NCBI RefSeq assembly: GCF_964355755.1
Contig: NC_092670.1
Location: 25,034,795 to 25,098,794, forward strand
DNA length: 64,000 bases
Direction of reading: 5' to 3'
Source of the DNA: Antedon mediterranea
Lineage: Eukaryota > Animalia > Echinodermata
Both the position numbers and the translations under genes were made by a program. The notes beneath the pieces were generated by a model that was not told the DNA's origin, ran no database searches, and was given only the letters and a program-made list of their open reading frames with translations. Positions 35,621 to 48,940 of the stretch are shown here, piece by piece (position 1 is the stretch's first letter; every line of letters begins with the position of its first letter).

Positions 35621-38600
35621 TTAAAATAAATATTCGGGTTTCGAATAATTGAATAAATCAAAATCAGTTTTGTAAACGTCCCAAAGTTTGTTTATCAGCT
35701 CAGGAGATAATTGTCTGTAGTATGTGTCATACTTGCCACTACTATTTGTCGGTTTTCCTTTCTGGACATCTGCTGGTGGAAACTTAGCTAGATGAGATAC
35801 TTTAAAAAACTTCAAAATAAAATCCGAATCATCTTTAATCGTTTCTAGTTTAACAATATAGTCGTAATTAACTTTACAAGGTGAACATAATTTGTACATC
35901 TCCTGCCAGTGGGCTTCAAATTTTGTTATTTGTGCTGGGTCTGTAAGGTAAGACACAAACTCATTAAATTTTAATCCTCGACCAGTTGAAAGGTCAGATC
36001 GGGATGCTTTTTGTCGATATTTTCTCATAATTTTCTTTGCAAATCGTTGAAACATTGTATTTGTCCGCCGATCAAAGTTCATCTCAAATTTATTCTTAAA
36101 AGCTGATAGAATTCGAAGAAATGGTTCTCGTACAATCATAAATTTTGTGTAGTTTGCAAGAACGTGGGCCTTCTTTGCGTTAGATAACGACGATAGTAAA
36201 GGCAATCTGTTTCGTTCATGTGTTTCTGGTCCAGTTATGTCTTCAATTTCTTTCGGATAACCGTTTAATACCATCATAACGCGTTTCCAATTGCTACAAG
36301 CAACTTTAGGTATAAAGCAGTATATTCCTCTAATGTTGTGATTTACAAACATGTGTTTTTCTGTGACTGTGGAAATGGGTGCATTCTTTAGTTCGGGGTG
36401 CTTCGTGTCGCATGCTTCTTTTAAATGACTTACTCGCAGTGACTGAATTCGTTTTTGACGTTCCATGAACATACCAGTAGGCCCACTTTTTTCCTAAAAT
36501 ATAAATAATAAATGAATTTTTACAGATTTACCATAGGTATAATTATCAAACGGAAAATAGGTGCTTTCATCTAGCAAGCAAAACAAATGCACTCCTTTCC
36601 CTCTTTCATCAGTTTCAGAGACAGAGGACGACCACAGACCCGGGGGCGATTTTTTTTTTCGTACATAAGTTGGGGACCCCTCATGAAACGTCACAAAATA
36701 AACATGAATAATTCATCAGTTAAATTTGTTGTTCCGTGTGCACCCAAGCGTATAGCAACAAGAAGTGATTACACGCACAACTAAACTGCGATACGATTCT
36801 TTCTACAGTAGGCCTAGGATTCTAGGTCAATTCACGTGATTGCCTTCGCGCACTCTTCTTCACACACACCACTATGCAAAATGTGTCGAGGCTAATCGAC
36901 AGCTAGGCAAGACATTAAACTAAGTAGTAATTGGACATAGCCCAAAGAAAGCTTAGACCCACAAGAATAAAAAATGTGTATAATTTGTGTAGGCCTACTG
37001 TAATTTTTTAATTCTGCTATTTTATTATCAAACAATATGCATGTACTCAAAGGAACTTTAAAAATGCGCGTATATGAACACATGATATGGGAAGATTAGA
37101 CCCACGAGAATAAAAAATGTATTTTTGTGTAATGTTTATTGTTTAATTTTGATGACTTATTACTCGGACTGTGTCATAACTAACACACACACCTCACACA
37201 CACCATGGAGTAAACTCCATGCACACACCCACACTACTAGAATAGAAATGGGTTTAGAGACTAATAATTAGGCCTAATAGTATTAATAGAAACTATAGTT
37301 TTAACACGTAATTCTTTAGTAATAAATTATATTAAAAACACCATAAACTAAAGGCTGATTATTTCGACAATCCACACAAAAAGTCGCTATTCTTTTATGA
37401 AATCCCACGCGGCAACCACAGCGGAGATTAGGCCTAGAATCGTACCGCACTTGTGTAATCACTTCTTGTTGCTATACGCTTGGGTGCACACGGAACAAGA
37501 AAATTTAACTGATGAATTATTCATGTTTATTTTGTGACGTTTCATGAGGGGGTCCCCAACTTATGTACGAAAAAAAAAATCGCGACCCGGGGATCATACT
37601 TCAATGAAACATCTCAAATAAATAATCATTAGTCTGTCTCTGTCGCCAAGTAAGCCTAATAGCTGTGATGTGTATATATACCACCCACACCCTGTAATGT
37701 GCTATTAATCGGATATTAATGTCGTGTCGGTATTATTTTAAAACAGTTTAGTAGGCTACTTACCGTCGTGACTAAAGATGAATAGTCGGTTGTAACTTCA
37801 CGTACTTCTGCTAACAAGCACAATAATGAAAATAATAAAACAATAATATACGTTTTAATATTGTAATACTATATGCGTATACTTATTTCATATTAGACCG
37901 ACCTACATACTGTGCATCGAAATATCATTTAAAACGTCATTACCGTGAAAATAAATGTTGTGCATCATAATTATGCATTTTAACCAATATTATATTATTC
38001 ATAAATCATCACTGAAGAGAATTCGGATTTAAATACCGTAGTTAGAAAGAACGGTATTTTTTTTAAACCAGAAACGGATCCTTTAAAAAAAGATTTTGAT
38101 TACGGCTTTAAAAACCCCAAATGATTCAATGTGGTCTAAAAATCGACCGACCTTGGGATATTAATAACTTTGCTTGAAATAACATTTAGGTATTACCCAG
38201 AGGTGGATCCAGGGGTCTTTCCCTAGTTGCCCTTAATTTCATACTAAATGTTGTTTCTGCCACTAAAATAAAATTTACGTCCCATTTCATCGTATATAAC
38301 GTTATAGAAGTCCAGTCTGGAAGAGAATACTTGTATATTATTGGCAGAATGCACCGTAATATTTAACCAGCAGTCACCAAAGGCCTACTATACCACGCAC
38401 AATAGGGACTTTACAAAACACGACGGGAAGCCATAAGACGGTGCTCATGAATAATTTATTCATGAGCTTTAACAAAGTGGGCGGAGCCTAGCGTGAAATT
38501 CCGTCGTCTTTTTAAGTACGATAAAGTTAATTGCCATTTTCCCGTTTACGGAGACCTAGAACGACTAGAAATAATCTATATATAAATTTACGTAAGGGCA

Positions 38601-41600
38601 AAATTCGGTAAATCGCACGTTATTTCTAGAATGTTTACTCGATGGTATATAAAGTTGGTTAGAATCTCGGTACTGATTTTAACCACCTGATGTAACCCTG
38701 TTTACTAATTAAATGGAGTTAGATAATTAGTTATTGACGATTAAAACGAATTTAGGTTCAACGATTTGCCCCAAATAGGGGTGTTTTTCGACCCTGGTAT
38801 ACACTGTCTAATGGATGTCCGTCTTGAAAAATACCCACAGACAATAATACGAGGATGCTTCGCATTTTCCTATCTCCTCCTACGATAATTGTTTTTAATG
38901 GCTGAAAACCGGTTGAACAGCTCGAGTACAGCATCATAATGTTGAAGACAGGCCGCTTTTCTTTAAAAAATACTATTTTGATAGATTTAATATACGTTTA
39001 TACAAATGTATTGATTTGCGATGAATGGAACATTCCAATCTCTGTTCCACAAGTGTCTATTCCCTCAGGCGTCGTAAAGGCAAGTACTGTATAGGCTACT
39101 CATAACAGAAATTCGATCCATTTTTTTTTCAATCTGTGCTGCAGAGGTTGTTCATAATTTTTTTTTAACGGAAGATTTAATATACGTTTATACAAATGTA
39201 TTGATTTGCGATGAATAGAACATTCCAATCTCTGTTCCACAAGTGTCTATTCCCTCAGGCGTCGTAAAGGCAAGTACTGTATAGGCTACTCATAACAGAA
39301 ATTCGATCCATTTTTTTTTCAATCTGTGCTGCAGAGGTTGTTTATAATTTTTTTTTAACGGAAGATTTAATATACGTTTATACAAATGTATTGATTTGCG
39401 ATGAATGGAACATTCCAATCTCTGTTCCACAAGTGTCTATTCCCTCAGGCGTCGTAACGGCAAGTACGTAACAGAAATTCGATCCATTTTTTTTTTCAAT
39501 CTGTGCTGCAGAGGTTGGATATAATTTTTTTTTAACGGATAATGAGCTAGCGTTTTCAGTCGCCGTATATTATGTACAAATCTTTATTATTGCATTTAAA
39601 CCACCCACATCATCACCCTTCCCTCACTGGCATGAGTAGCGTTGTAAAGCCAGTAGAGGATAGGCCTACGGTGCATCACATCCCCTAAACGCAGAACAAC
39701 TTTGGTGGGTAGGGTAGGAACCAACTTAAGTATGAATTGGCTCTAAGAAACAATTGAAAACCATTAGGCCTACCAATAAAGTTGAGTTAGATAATTTAAT
39801 TTTTATTTGATGATTAAATCGATTTTATCCGAATAGAGGTGGTTTTCACAAATTGTTTTACATTATATAAACATACACGTCGCAGTGATGTATCGTTACA
39901 TGTACTGTACTATTTCAATCGACTAGGACGGTGATAGTTTCAACAAAGTATTACATAGCAATGTTTTACTGTGTTTAGTGATATATTATTTGTAAAACAT
40001 GAAAACAATTAATATTTCGTTACTAAATGAATAAAGAATATATTTAATATATTTAAAAATTTTTCCTCTCTGCACCCATCCTCTTCCCCATCCCTCACCC
40101 CTAATGTTACATACAAAACACAAATTAAGTTTGTTTAAATTTGACTTAAACAATTGGTCTCATTTTGTGACAAGTTTCTCTTTCGGAAGTAATTCCCAGG
40201 GTGCTAATTTTAGTTGAGTACCTTAATCAGTGTCTATTTATTCGTTCCTGTAAACGACATGTATTATTGTACGTACATTTGAAATCACCAGTTTTTTAAC
40301 GCTGAAATTATTATGTATTCGAGAACCATCTGTGGGAACGACCTAGATGGTACGCGAGCGAAGCGAGCGTACCATCTAGTGTACATATAAATTACACTTA
40401 AAACTTAAATTAATATTTGAACTTCTAATTTAATTAACTCAACTCTGCCAGTACAGTGTAAAGTGCGAATGATAGGCCTACAAAATATGTTCCTCTTTGT
40501 GTTTTATTTCTCTATAAAACTATATATAGGCCTAACATAGATCATTGATTATAGTACATTATATAAATAATTTTTTTAATATAATAGAATAAAATAAATT
40601 CAGATATATTTAGTGGTATCCGTATATTTCTTAATAAAAACAAAACATTACTAAGACATAATAAATATAATCAGTGTTATAGGATTGATAAAATATAGTA
40701 TATAATACATGTATATTTATTTTTTATGTTGTCGTAGGCCTAGGCCTACAATTAGTGGTGTCTATATTGCGCTAAAATTGAGGTTTTATTGTTGAAAATG
40801 CTATTAGAAGTCTATATATATATCATATTTCGTCAACACTTTAAATTGACAGGTCTTGGTAGTTCTTAGTAGGTCATGCTATTTGACGCAATATAGACAT
40901 TTGTGAATGTATGCACCAACTCAGTTCGTTTCGCGCGTATCGCGCTAAAATTGAGGTTTTATTGTTGGAAATGCTATTAGTATTAGAAGTCTATTATACA
41001 TATCCATAGCCATATGTAAATACGTGAACGTGATTGGTTGAAACTGCATCACATCACTACCACTGCGAGGATCGTAAATCGTATATATCTCGAATACGAT
41101 GATATTGACTGAGTAATGTTCTTGTAATTATCGTGTCCCGGTCATTAAACATATAAAATCCAGCAAATTCTTGAGTACGATGATGATATTGACTGTGTAA
41201 TTTTTGTGTTGCAACACTTGCGTTTGGCGATAAACAAAAGTCATCTACTGAGATTTGAACTCGCGATGATTTCATCACAAGACAATGTTTTATCCGCTGT
41301 TTGAAGAAATTAATCAACTAAACTATCTAAACTAATTGTTATTAGTCCTCCCTAGATGTGATGAAAGACCGTTTGTGATTGGTTAATACTCACGGTAGTA
41401 ACCTGGTACGCGCGGCGCGCTGAAGAAGACACAAATTATTATTTATTCACCCTACCTGATAATAATATTATTAAAGTAGGCTTAATATTCTTCTGTTAAT
41501 TAAACGTCCTAGGCCTAAGTGAATATTTTATTGCCAAGGAATCATTACGGTAATTATTAATTATCTGTATATTATTCTTCGCAAGGTAAGGTGAATGCAA

Positions 41601-44600
41601 CTCATAACTAGGCAGGCTTATTACAAGGAGGTCTAGGCTCTACACCCGACCCATTAGTATATATAAAACTTGTTGACTATGTAATACCCCATGTAATATA
41701 ACAGATATCGTCTTTTATATCGGTAACATATAAGATTTGAAACCCCTTGGGAATTATATATTGTTCGAGTGAATATATATCCCTCAGCACTTTTGCGCTT
41801 CGAGAAATATATTTCTTCAAACAAAATATCATTCCCTCGGAATACATTATCTGTATAATATCATGTTTCGTTAAATTAACACTTTAAAGTGACAGGTCTT
41901 GGTAGGTCTTGGAGGACCCGACCTATGCGATGCTGTATCATTAGAGCTAAGCGATTCTGTAGGGCCCCGCGACACGAGGAGAGACTGCCGGTCGTCGTCT
42001 TCGCGCAAAAGTTGCGTAACTAATATATTATAATGTATCACCAGAGCCGTTTTATTAGTCAGTAGTAGGCAGTATCTCTCTCCCTCCCCTGTCTCGTGGC
42101 GCGGGGCACAGCCATTTTAACCCAAACAAATGTTATTTTATTAGAAGTTCAAATATTATTTAGAGTTTTTAAAATGTCACGTTTAAGTGTAATATGAACT
42201 GCAGTATTTAAGGTTATATATACATTATTTCTAGTCGTTCTCCATAAACGGTAAAATGGCAACTTTGTTGTCATCAAAAAGTTAAAACGACGGAATTTCA
42301 CGCTGAGCTCCGCCCACTTTGTTAAAGCTCATGCATACATTTTTCACGCGCGTTTTTGATGAAAAGGTTCAAAGATTTTTTTTTTAAACTTAACAGTCAT
42401 AGTTTCTAAACTACATGGTGAATTTTATTTATATTACATATTCTGGAAGTAGATGAGTTGTAGATATCGGATCATGCGGCAATATGGCTAACCGGACATT
42501 TGACGTCATCGTATGGCCACTCGAATATAAAATATAGGATTTTTGTCTCTTTCGTCATAGCTCATCACATTTAATAGAGAGCATCTCCACTTATCCATAT
42601 TCCATTTCCCTCCATATGTTGATATTGTTTAGGTCAATCAATTATCTTTTGCATGATTTAGCATTTTTAATTACGTCATCATGATCAAAAGCGTGAAACA
42701 CTTTTATTTTATTTTATTTTATTCAATTTTCATGCACAAAAATACATGACAACATAAGACAGCGGTGCAGTACCTCGAGGATTGCCATGAGTGCAAAGCA
42801 CTATCGAGATGGCTCTCCCTATACTGCACTTGGACAATCAAAATACAAAGATATAAACATTTAAAAATTGCGAGGCATCAAATTAAACAATCATTAAAAT
42901 TGAATCTAAAATATATATATAATTATATAAATATTATGTACAGATAAAAATGATTGTTTAAAGATAAAAAAAATAAAAAGTTTAAAGTTGCCTGACATAA
43001 GACCGGAGAGCTGTCACAAATGTGTTAAAACTAAATAAAGAATGTTCTCTAATATAATTAGGAATCTCTTGCCATACACGGGGAAAATTAGAGTACAATG
43101 AATATTTAAAAGAATTGGTTCTGGCATATTTGTGTTTAAAAATAACTGATTCGGAATATCTTGGATTAAAATCAACAAAATCATGAATATTAAGATCAAT
43201 GCACGATATTAATAAACTCCAACAATGCATTTTCGTTTATGAACATATTAATTCCAAACTGCCTTCTAACTTTTCCTGTAATTTTTTAACTAACTCTGAA
43301 ATCCATTCGTATAACACAAGAGCATCACGGGATCTTCATCTTCCTCAACCTAAACTAACTAAAATGAAACATAACATTCGCTATAGTGGTTCTAAACTAT
43401 TCAATAATCTACCTCCCGAAATTTCATCATCGTCTTCTAGCAAAATGTTCTCTTTTAAACTTAAAAAATATCTTATTTTAAATTGCTAATTGTTTTCTCT
43501 ATTTTGTAATATTTTTTTAACTTTAGAAACTTTTTCGAAATTGCTTCCTTTACTGTTGGTGTGTGTGTAGTTATATGTTTACATTTATATATATAAGTAT
43601 ATAATCTTCTTACATGGCTTCCCAACATACAAGTTTCAATTGGATTTTTTTTTTTCCAATTGATCGATACTTTCTTGGGTTTTTTTGCCTCTTTCATTTT
43701 GTATATAACTGAATCATCTTTTTATACATTATGATTTACTGTATTATATCTCTAAAAAAAAAAAAAATATATTTATTTATAAAATATCAGAAATTATTAT
43801 GTTTTTTTACTCAAATATGAATGAAAGAAATAAATGTTTATTTGAATTTGAATTTGAATTTGAATTCGACCATCAATACAAACATTTCATAATAAAAAGT
43901 ATACTGAGAAAACACACTCTCTGGTCCATGATGGTAAATTTAAATGTTTGGGTCACTTATTTTCATCATTACAGTAAATTTCAATATGTTATAGCTCCTC
44001 AGAATGAAAAGTGATACTCATGATTCAAACGTTTTCTGAAAGCTGTTTCATTGTAGATACAAATTCATGTACAAATTGTGCGCATGGGATGTTGTGACGT
44101 TATGATATGTCCAGTTGAATGATAAAAGTCGTATTTTCACATTCTGCGTCATAGTTCATAACATTTAAAAGAGCGCGCATCCATATTCTACGTATCCAAA
44201 TTTCACGTTAATAGGTTGTTGCTCAAAAAAATCCCTTCCAAAATTGCTATCTACGTTCTTCATTTTGATGATGTCATCATGTTAAAAATTGTAATAAAAG
44301 GCGTGTTCAGTTATTTTCACCTATTCTGCACTGTACTTAGTTTGTATACAGTATAAAGTGTATACTGTATATACTTAGACACAAAATAGAGAGGGCACAC
44401 TCTGACATATAATTTTCTTCAGGTCACAATGCCATAATCGTTTTTCTGTGCGCAATATTCTAACGTATGACGTGCACGTGGCTTTTGCGCAGCGGATAAC
44501 CTAACTCATCCATAGTGACGAGTTCAAATCTAGTTTTGCGTATAGTTTTTGTTTTTCCGTGTAATGTAGTACCCTATTTATCTTCATTAAGACTTTGGTA

Positions 44601-47257
44601 ACTACTGGGTGTATTGGAATATTGTGCCAAACTACTCAGAAGACCCATATTTCTATTCACTCTAATGGGAAACTTTTGCAAAAAGTGGACGGAAACCCCT
44701 TTTCTGACCACTGGTCAAGAAATTGGCAATATGAATATCTGATCAACCACTGGCCAGAAAGTGATAATTGTGGTCTCAAATTCAACTCGCAAAGCAATTG
44801 GGCCAAAATAGACAAACGTTGCCGTACGGACAATTCCGCTTCCGAAAGCCAAACTAATGGCGTTAAAAACATAATTCCTCGATTGACAAAACAAATATTG
44901 CCGTACGGACATACACATTGCCGTATGAACACATTGGTGAAAGAACAAATTGCGGTATGGTTAATTTGACGTATGGTTAAATTGTCGAAAGGACAAAATT
45001 TGGCGTAAGGACAAAAATTGGCGTAAGGACAGGTTGGCGTACAGTAGTCTTAACTAAATTTAAACCTTGAGGTCATTATGGAACCACTACGCAACAAGAA
45101 AACGAAACAAAAAACTTTTCTGCGAAACTTTTGATTGATTAGAGTCATCAACTCCGAGTAGGCCTATTGTTCAAATTGTATGGCATCTATAATCCATCTA
45201 AAATATATTGAACTTGATTTAGATTAATTTCCTCATTTTTTAGAAAAGTTGCATGGCGCTGAATTCGGTTTTCAAAGACAATATTTTTTCACCATTTGTT
45301 TTCACAATTGTCGTTTGGCTCTCAAAAAAACAAAACAAAGGCCAATCTTTATTTTCGTCACTTTAGGGTCGGTCGGGCGTGGCCAACACAATAATTTTTG
45401 TTTTTGGCCTTAGGTTAAATCCAACATCCAACAATATAATAGTATATTAATATAAATATTTGAATATTGAAGGATTAGTTACAGTGTTGAATTTGAACAA
45501 ACCAATTGGTAAGCCAAAATGAACGTGTTGTTATACAAAATTATTCAATCAAAGAAACGCTCTACTACACATGAGAAATAGAGTTAGAAATGCTCATTAC
45601 ATAGACCATCATATCCTGCTGCTTTAGCATTGGGAAATTTGTCAATTAATAGCTTAATATTTAGATGAAACATCGATTTCACTGTCTGTACAGTTTTCAA
45701 GAGTTTCATTAACAAAAGTCTTATGTTCAGTTGATTCTGTTAAATAAATCGGAGAAATGTTAACGCCATAGGTCACAAATTTCATTTTCCCCTTTTGCAT
45801 TACCAATAATTTCTTAACCTTACCCCACAAACTATTATAGTCCTTATCGTTAATTTGGCCATCGAATCCGCCCTAAGCATTTCTTCGTTTGATTTACACT
45901 TTCTAAGGGGATTTTTTAAATTAGATCTAGTGATTTTCATGTGTTCATAGATGTGGCCATATCTGGGTTTACCCAACCCACGCCACTTTAAAAATGCTGC
46001 CCGGGAATTTTTATGAAATACAGCTACTCGTTCATTCCACCCAGGGACAACATTGACTTTTTGGTTTTTAGTCGACCTAAAACACCACTCAGAACTGACT
46101 TTCAGACACTCAATAATATTGTCATATAAATCACTAATATTATTGCAATGGCATTCATCTTTACATGAGGAATCATTACAAAGTAAACCATCGCAGTTGA
46201 GAGTACTAGGTTAGGCCTACTAAGTAAACATTTAGTTATCTCATCAAAATTGTTTCTATCCTCCTTCTTAGAGAATTTTTGAGGATTCATGCATATTTTC
46301 ACCCTTGTCATTACAATCATCAAAAATATCAATGCCTAAATAGTCAAAATAAATAGGAAAGTGATCAGACACATAAAATCATAATTAACTATAAAATTAC
46401 ATAACAGAGAATGAGAACTGTGAATGCTCACAACATGGTCTAACCAACTTGTGGTACTGTGAGATTCACTAAAATAAGTAAACGTATCTGAGTAATGTCC
46501 AAAGTATTCCAAATCAGATATAACTAAGTTAAGTGCAAAAATCAATCAATTCTTTGCCGAATTTTTTCTTTAGATCAGAGTTAAAATCACCAACAAGGAC
46601 TACTTGTCAAACTCTTCAACAATACTTTCGATTTTACCTAAATATTGTAAATATTCACCAAAGTTGTCGACCATTCATAGGGTAAGTACAGGTTAACAAA
46701 TAAGGTTTTATCCCTACCCTTGCCAACCTCAATAGCAACAAGCCTATTATCTTTAAGATCAACAAGATTAACAACATCCATATGGCCGCCCCACAAGTAA
46801 TGAGGCAGAATCCATTGGAGAAACACTAAAACAATTAAAATCGGGGTAAACATTTTTAAGCATGGGTAACTCATCATTTGTCAACCAAATCTCTTGTAAA
46901 CATACAATGTCATGGACATCACAGAGATCATAAATTTATTTTTAAGCAGATTTAAAAGAATTACAGTTAAGAATTGACTATGGTCACCCTAAGTTTGTTA
47001 AGAGTATCGTCCATATCCATATGTCACAAAAAGTGCCTTCGTGTGCAGATCACGGGGAACTAAGGTAAATTTCCTTATTAAAAGATATGCTGAGGTAGGG
47101 TTTACTTACCATTATTTCTAAAGAACACTGACGAAGTTGTGTCGCTTCGTGCTGATTTAAAAATTATTGATAAAATACCAGCAAAAGTGATTGAAAAACA
47201 TAGAAAAGCTGTAAAGCGACTACTACGCATAATTCGAACACATCTAAAAGTTTTCAT
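35621..47257 (-). CDS. Carbohydrate sulfotransferase (CHST11-like), copy 2, about 355 aa
   Basis: Exons 47257-47110 (alternative ATG at 47230), 37810-37764 and 36493-35621 have the same sizes and phases as copy 1. The ORF and PAPS motifs are intact, with 12 aa differences in the 283-aa catalytic ORF. Confidence 0.92.
36646..37583. mobile_element. Mutator-like MITE
   Basis: About 130-bp TIRs (gcgatttttttttttcgtacataagttgggg…) and a 9-bp TSD gacccgggg (36637-36645 and 37584-37592). The paralogous intron has the empty site at 13613-13621. Confidence 0.92.
38575..40379 (+). mobile_element. Non-autonomous Helitron, copy B
   Basis: A|TC…hairpin…CTAG|T. The empty site gactagaaataa|tgta is preserved in the host's other arm (~42221-42236, reverse complement). 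Confidence 0.88.
38983..39540 (+). repeat. Three tandem 190-bp units inside Helitron B
   Basis: The unit starting agatttaatatacgtttatacaaatg begins at 38983, 39173 and 39363. Confidence 0.9.
42702..43195 (-). mobile_element. LINE 3' fragment
   Basis: ARTNSFKYSLYSNFPRVWQEIP…, an (AAAAT)n tail, and the same family as 30235-30600. Confidence 0.8.
43196..43866 (+). mobile_element. L2-like LINE 3' fragment
   Basis: NSEIHSYNTRASRDLHLP…IRYSGSKLFNNLP…FKLKKYL*, then AATAAA and a (TTTGAA)n tail. Confidence 0.8.
44595..45086. mobile_element. Probable DNA-transposon remnant with GGTAAC…GGAACC ends
   Basis: Internal repeats of tgccgtacggac/tggcgtaaggac. The ends resemble those of 58407-58813. No TSD was found. 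Confidence 0.45.
45600..47020 (-). mobile_element. Degenerate LINE, APE endonuclease to RT N-terminus
   Basis: Fragments DIVCLQEIW, NLYLPY, VGDFN, TTSWLDH, VPGWNE and KAAGYDGL, broken by many frameshifts. Confidence 0.75.
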
Positions 47258-47629
47258 TTTGCAGGTTTACTAATATAACACTAATGTACTTAGAAAATTG
47301 TTTCAAAATAATAATAAGTGTGATCACTCGATGGTGAAATCTGTCCATAATAGGTTACTTTTCTGTCCATAATAGGTTACTTTCCGTCCATAATAGGGAC
47401 TAGAGGGCGCTGTTGTTTGTCCATAATAGGTGACTTTCATAATTGGCTGTCCAAAGTAGTAAACTGTTATTTTTATAAATGCATTGGTGTTTCAATGTAA
47501 TTGTTGTATTTTTTTTTCTTTGGACTTATTTTGTTTTGTTAACAGTAATAATAAAAATCAACTTATCAATTTAATATTGAAAAAGACATCACAGTTCAGC
47601 ACTTCATTTCGTCATTTTAGGTCCTCCCC

Positions 47630-47830
47630 TATTTCAAAATAGAGATGTCTCTATTAATAGAGATATCTCTATTAACAGAGATATCTCTATTTAAAACTAA
47701 GATTTCTCTATTAAAAACTAAAATATCTCTATTAAAAACTAAGATATCTTAGTTTTAAATAGAGATATCTTAGTTTTTAATAGAGATATCTCTATTAATA
47801 GAGATATCTCTATTAATAGAGATATCTCTA
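47630..47830. repeat. Palindromic low-complexity array (AATAGAGATATCTCTATT)n
   Basis: The self-complementary unit and its variants are repeated about 10 times. Confidence 0.8.
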
Positions 47831-48194
47831 CTGCGCAGCAAAGCATATGGGAACTTCATTGAATGAAGTGATCTGTAGTCAACGCTATGGCGGAAGTTAA
47901 TAAAAACAAGGCCATATAGATGGCTGCAGTCGCGTGCTCATTGGTGTTTACCGACCAACCGACCAACTGACCGAAATTACTGAACATTTTAAAAAATGTT
48001 GAAATGTTTAAAAACATTTATATTTTTTTAGATGTGTAGGCCTAGACATGTACAGTACAGGTAATGACACTGATTTTGTCGGCAAATTGGCAATTGCCGG
48101 CCCCCTCCCCCCCCCTCCCCGACTTCAAAATCCTGGATACGCCACTGGTTTATTCATTACAAAAAAGTATAGAATTGTATACGCCTAGAGTTTG

Positions 48195-48940
48195 AACTTC
48201 TCTATGGTATTCTATAGAAGTACAACATTTCTATAAAAACATATTTCAATTTCTATAAAATTTATTTCGTGTCTATAGAATCTTTCTTTTTTTCTATAGA
48301 ACCTATAATTTTATAGAATGTCTATAGAATTTATTTATGAATTTATACATGTGACTAATACATTGTCTCACCATTATGAATAGATCATGGAATAAATTGG
48401 ATTGATAAATAATTACATTTTTATTTTTCCACAAACAATAATACCATTAACATTTTTTTTTCATCGCTTAAAACAAATTATATAATAAGCAATTTTGAAT
48501 GTAAAACAATAGGAGTTTTCTTTACCGGTTTATAGATTGTTGAAAATCAAATTAAAACCTGGAAAATATACAGAAAGGCAATATAACACTTTTCTGTAGA
48601 AACTCTATAAAATCGCTATAGAATTTTGATAGAGATTTTATAGCATCATTCTAGAAAATCTATAAACGAATTCTATAGAATATTTGATATAAATTTTATA
48701 AAATTATATTTATTTAATTCTATAGAACAAATTTGTAAGAAGAAAAATAAGACAGCACTTTTTTATAGAAACTCTATGAAATCTCTATAGAAATTTTATG
48801 AAATTTTCATAGAAATTGTATGAAATCTCTATAGAATTTTAATAGAGATTTTATAGAATAATTATATAGAAAATTTAAAAACAAAATCCTATAGAATAGT
48901 TGATATCAATTATTTTTTATTTTTATTTAACTCTATAGAG
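48195..48940. repeat. Degenerate (TTCTATAGAA)-rich repeat
   Basis: Many dispersed ctatag(aa) palindromic cores. Confidence 0.6.

Larger units (their letters stand above)
38460..42333. mobile_element. Older inverted-repeat element hosting Helitron B
   Basis: catgagctttaacaaagtgggcggagc…gactagaaataa (38461-38574) is a diverged inverted copy of ~42225-42333. The boundaries are approximate. Confidence 0.55.

Noticed and set aside
44595-44969. 124-aa ORF and overlapping antisense ORFs
   Set aside because: They arise from the modular repeats of a TE remnant and show no recognisable domain.
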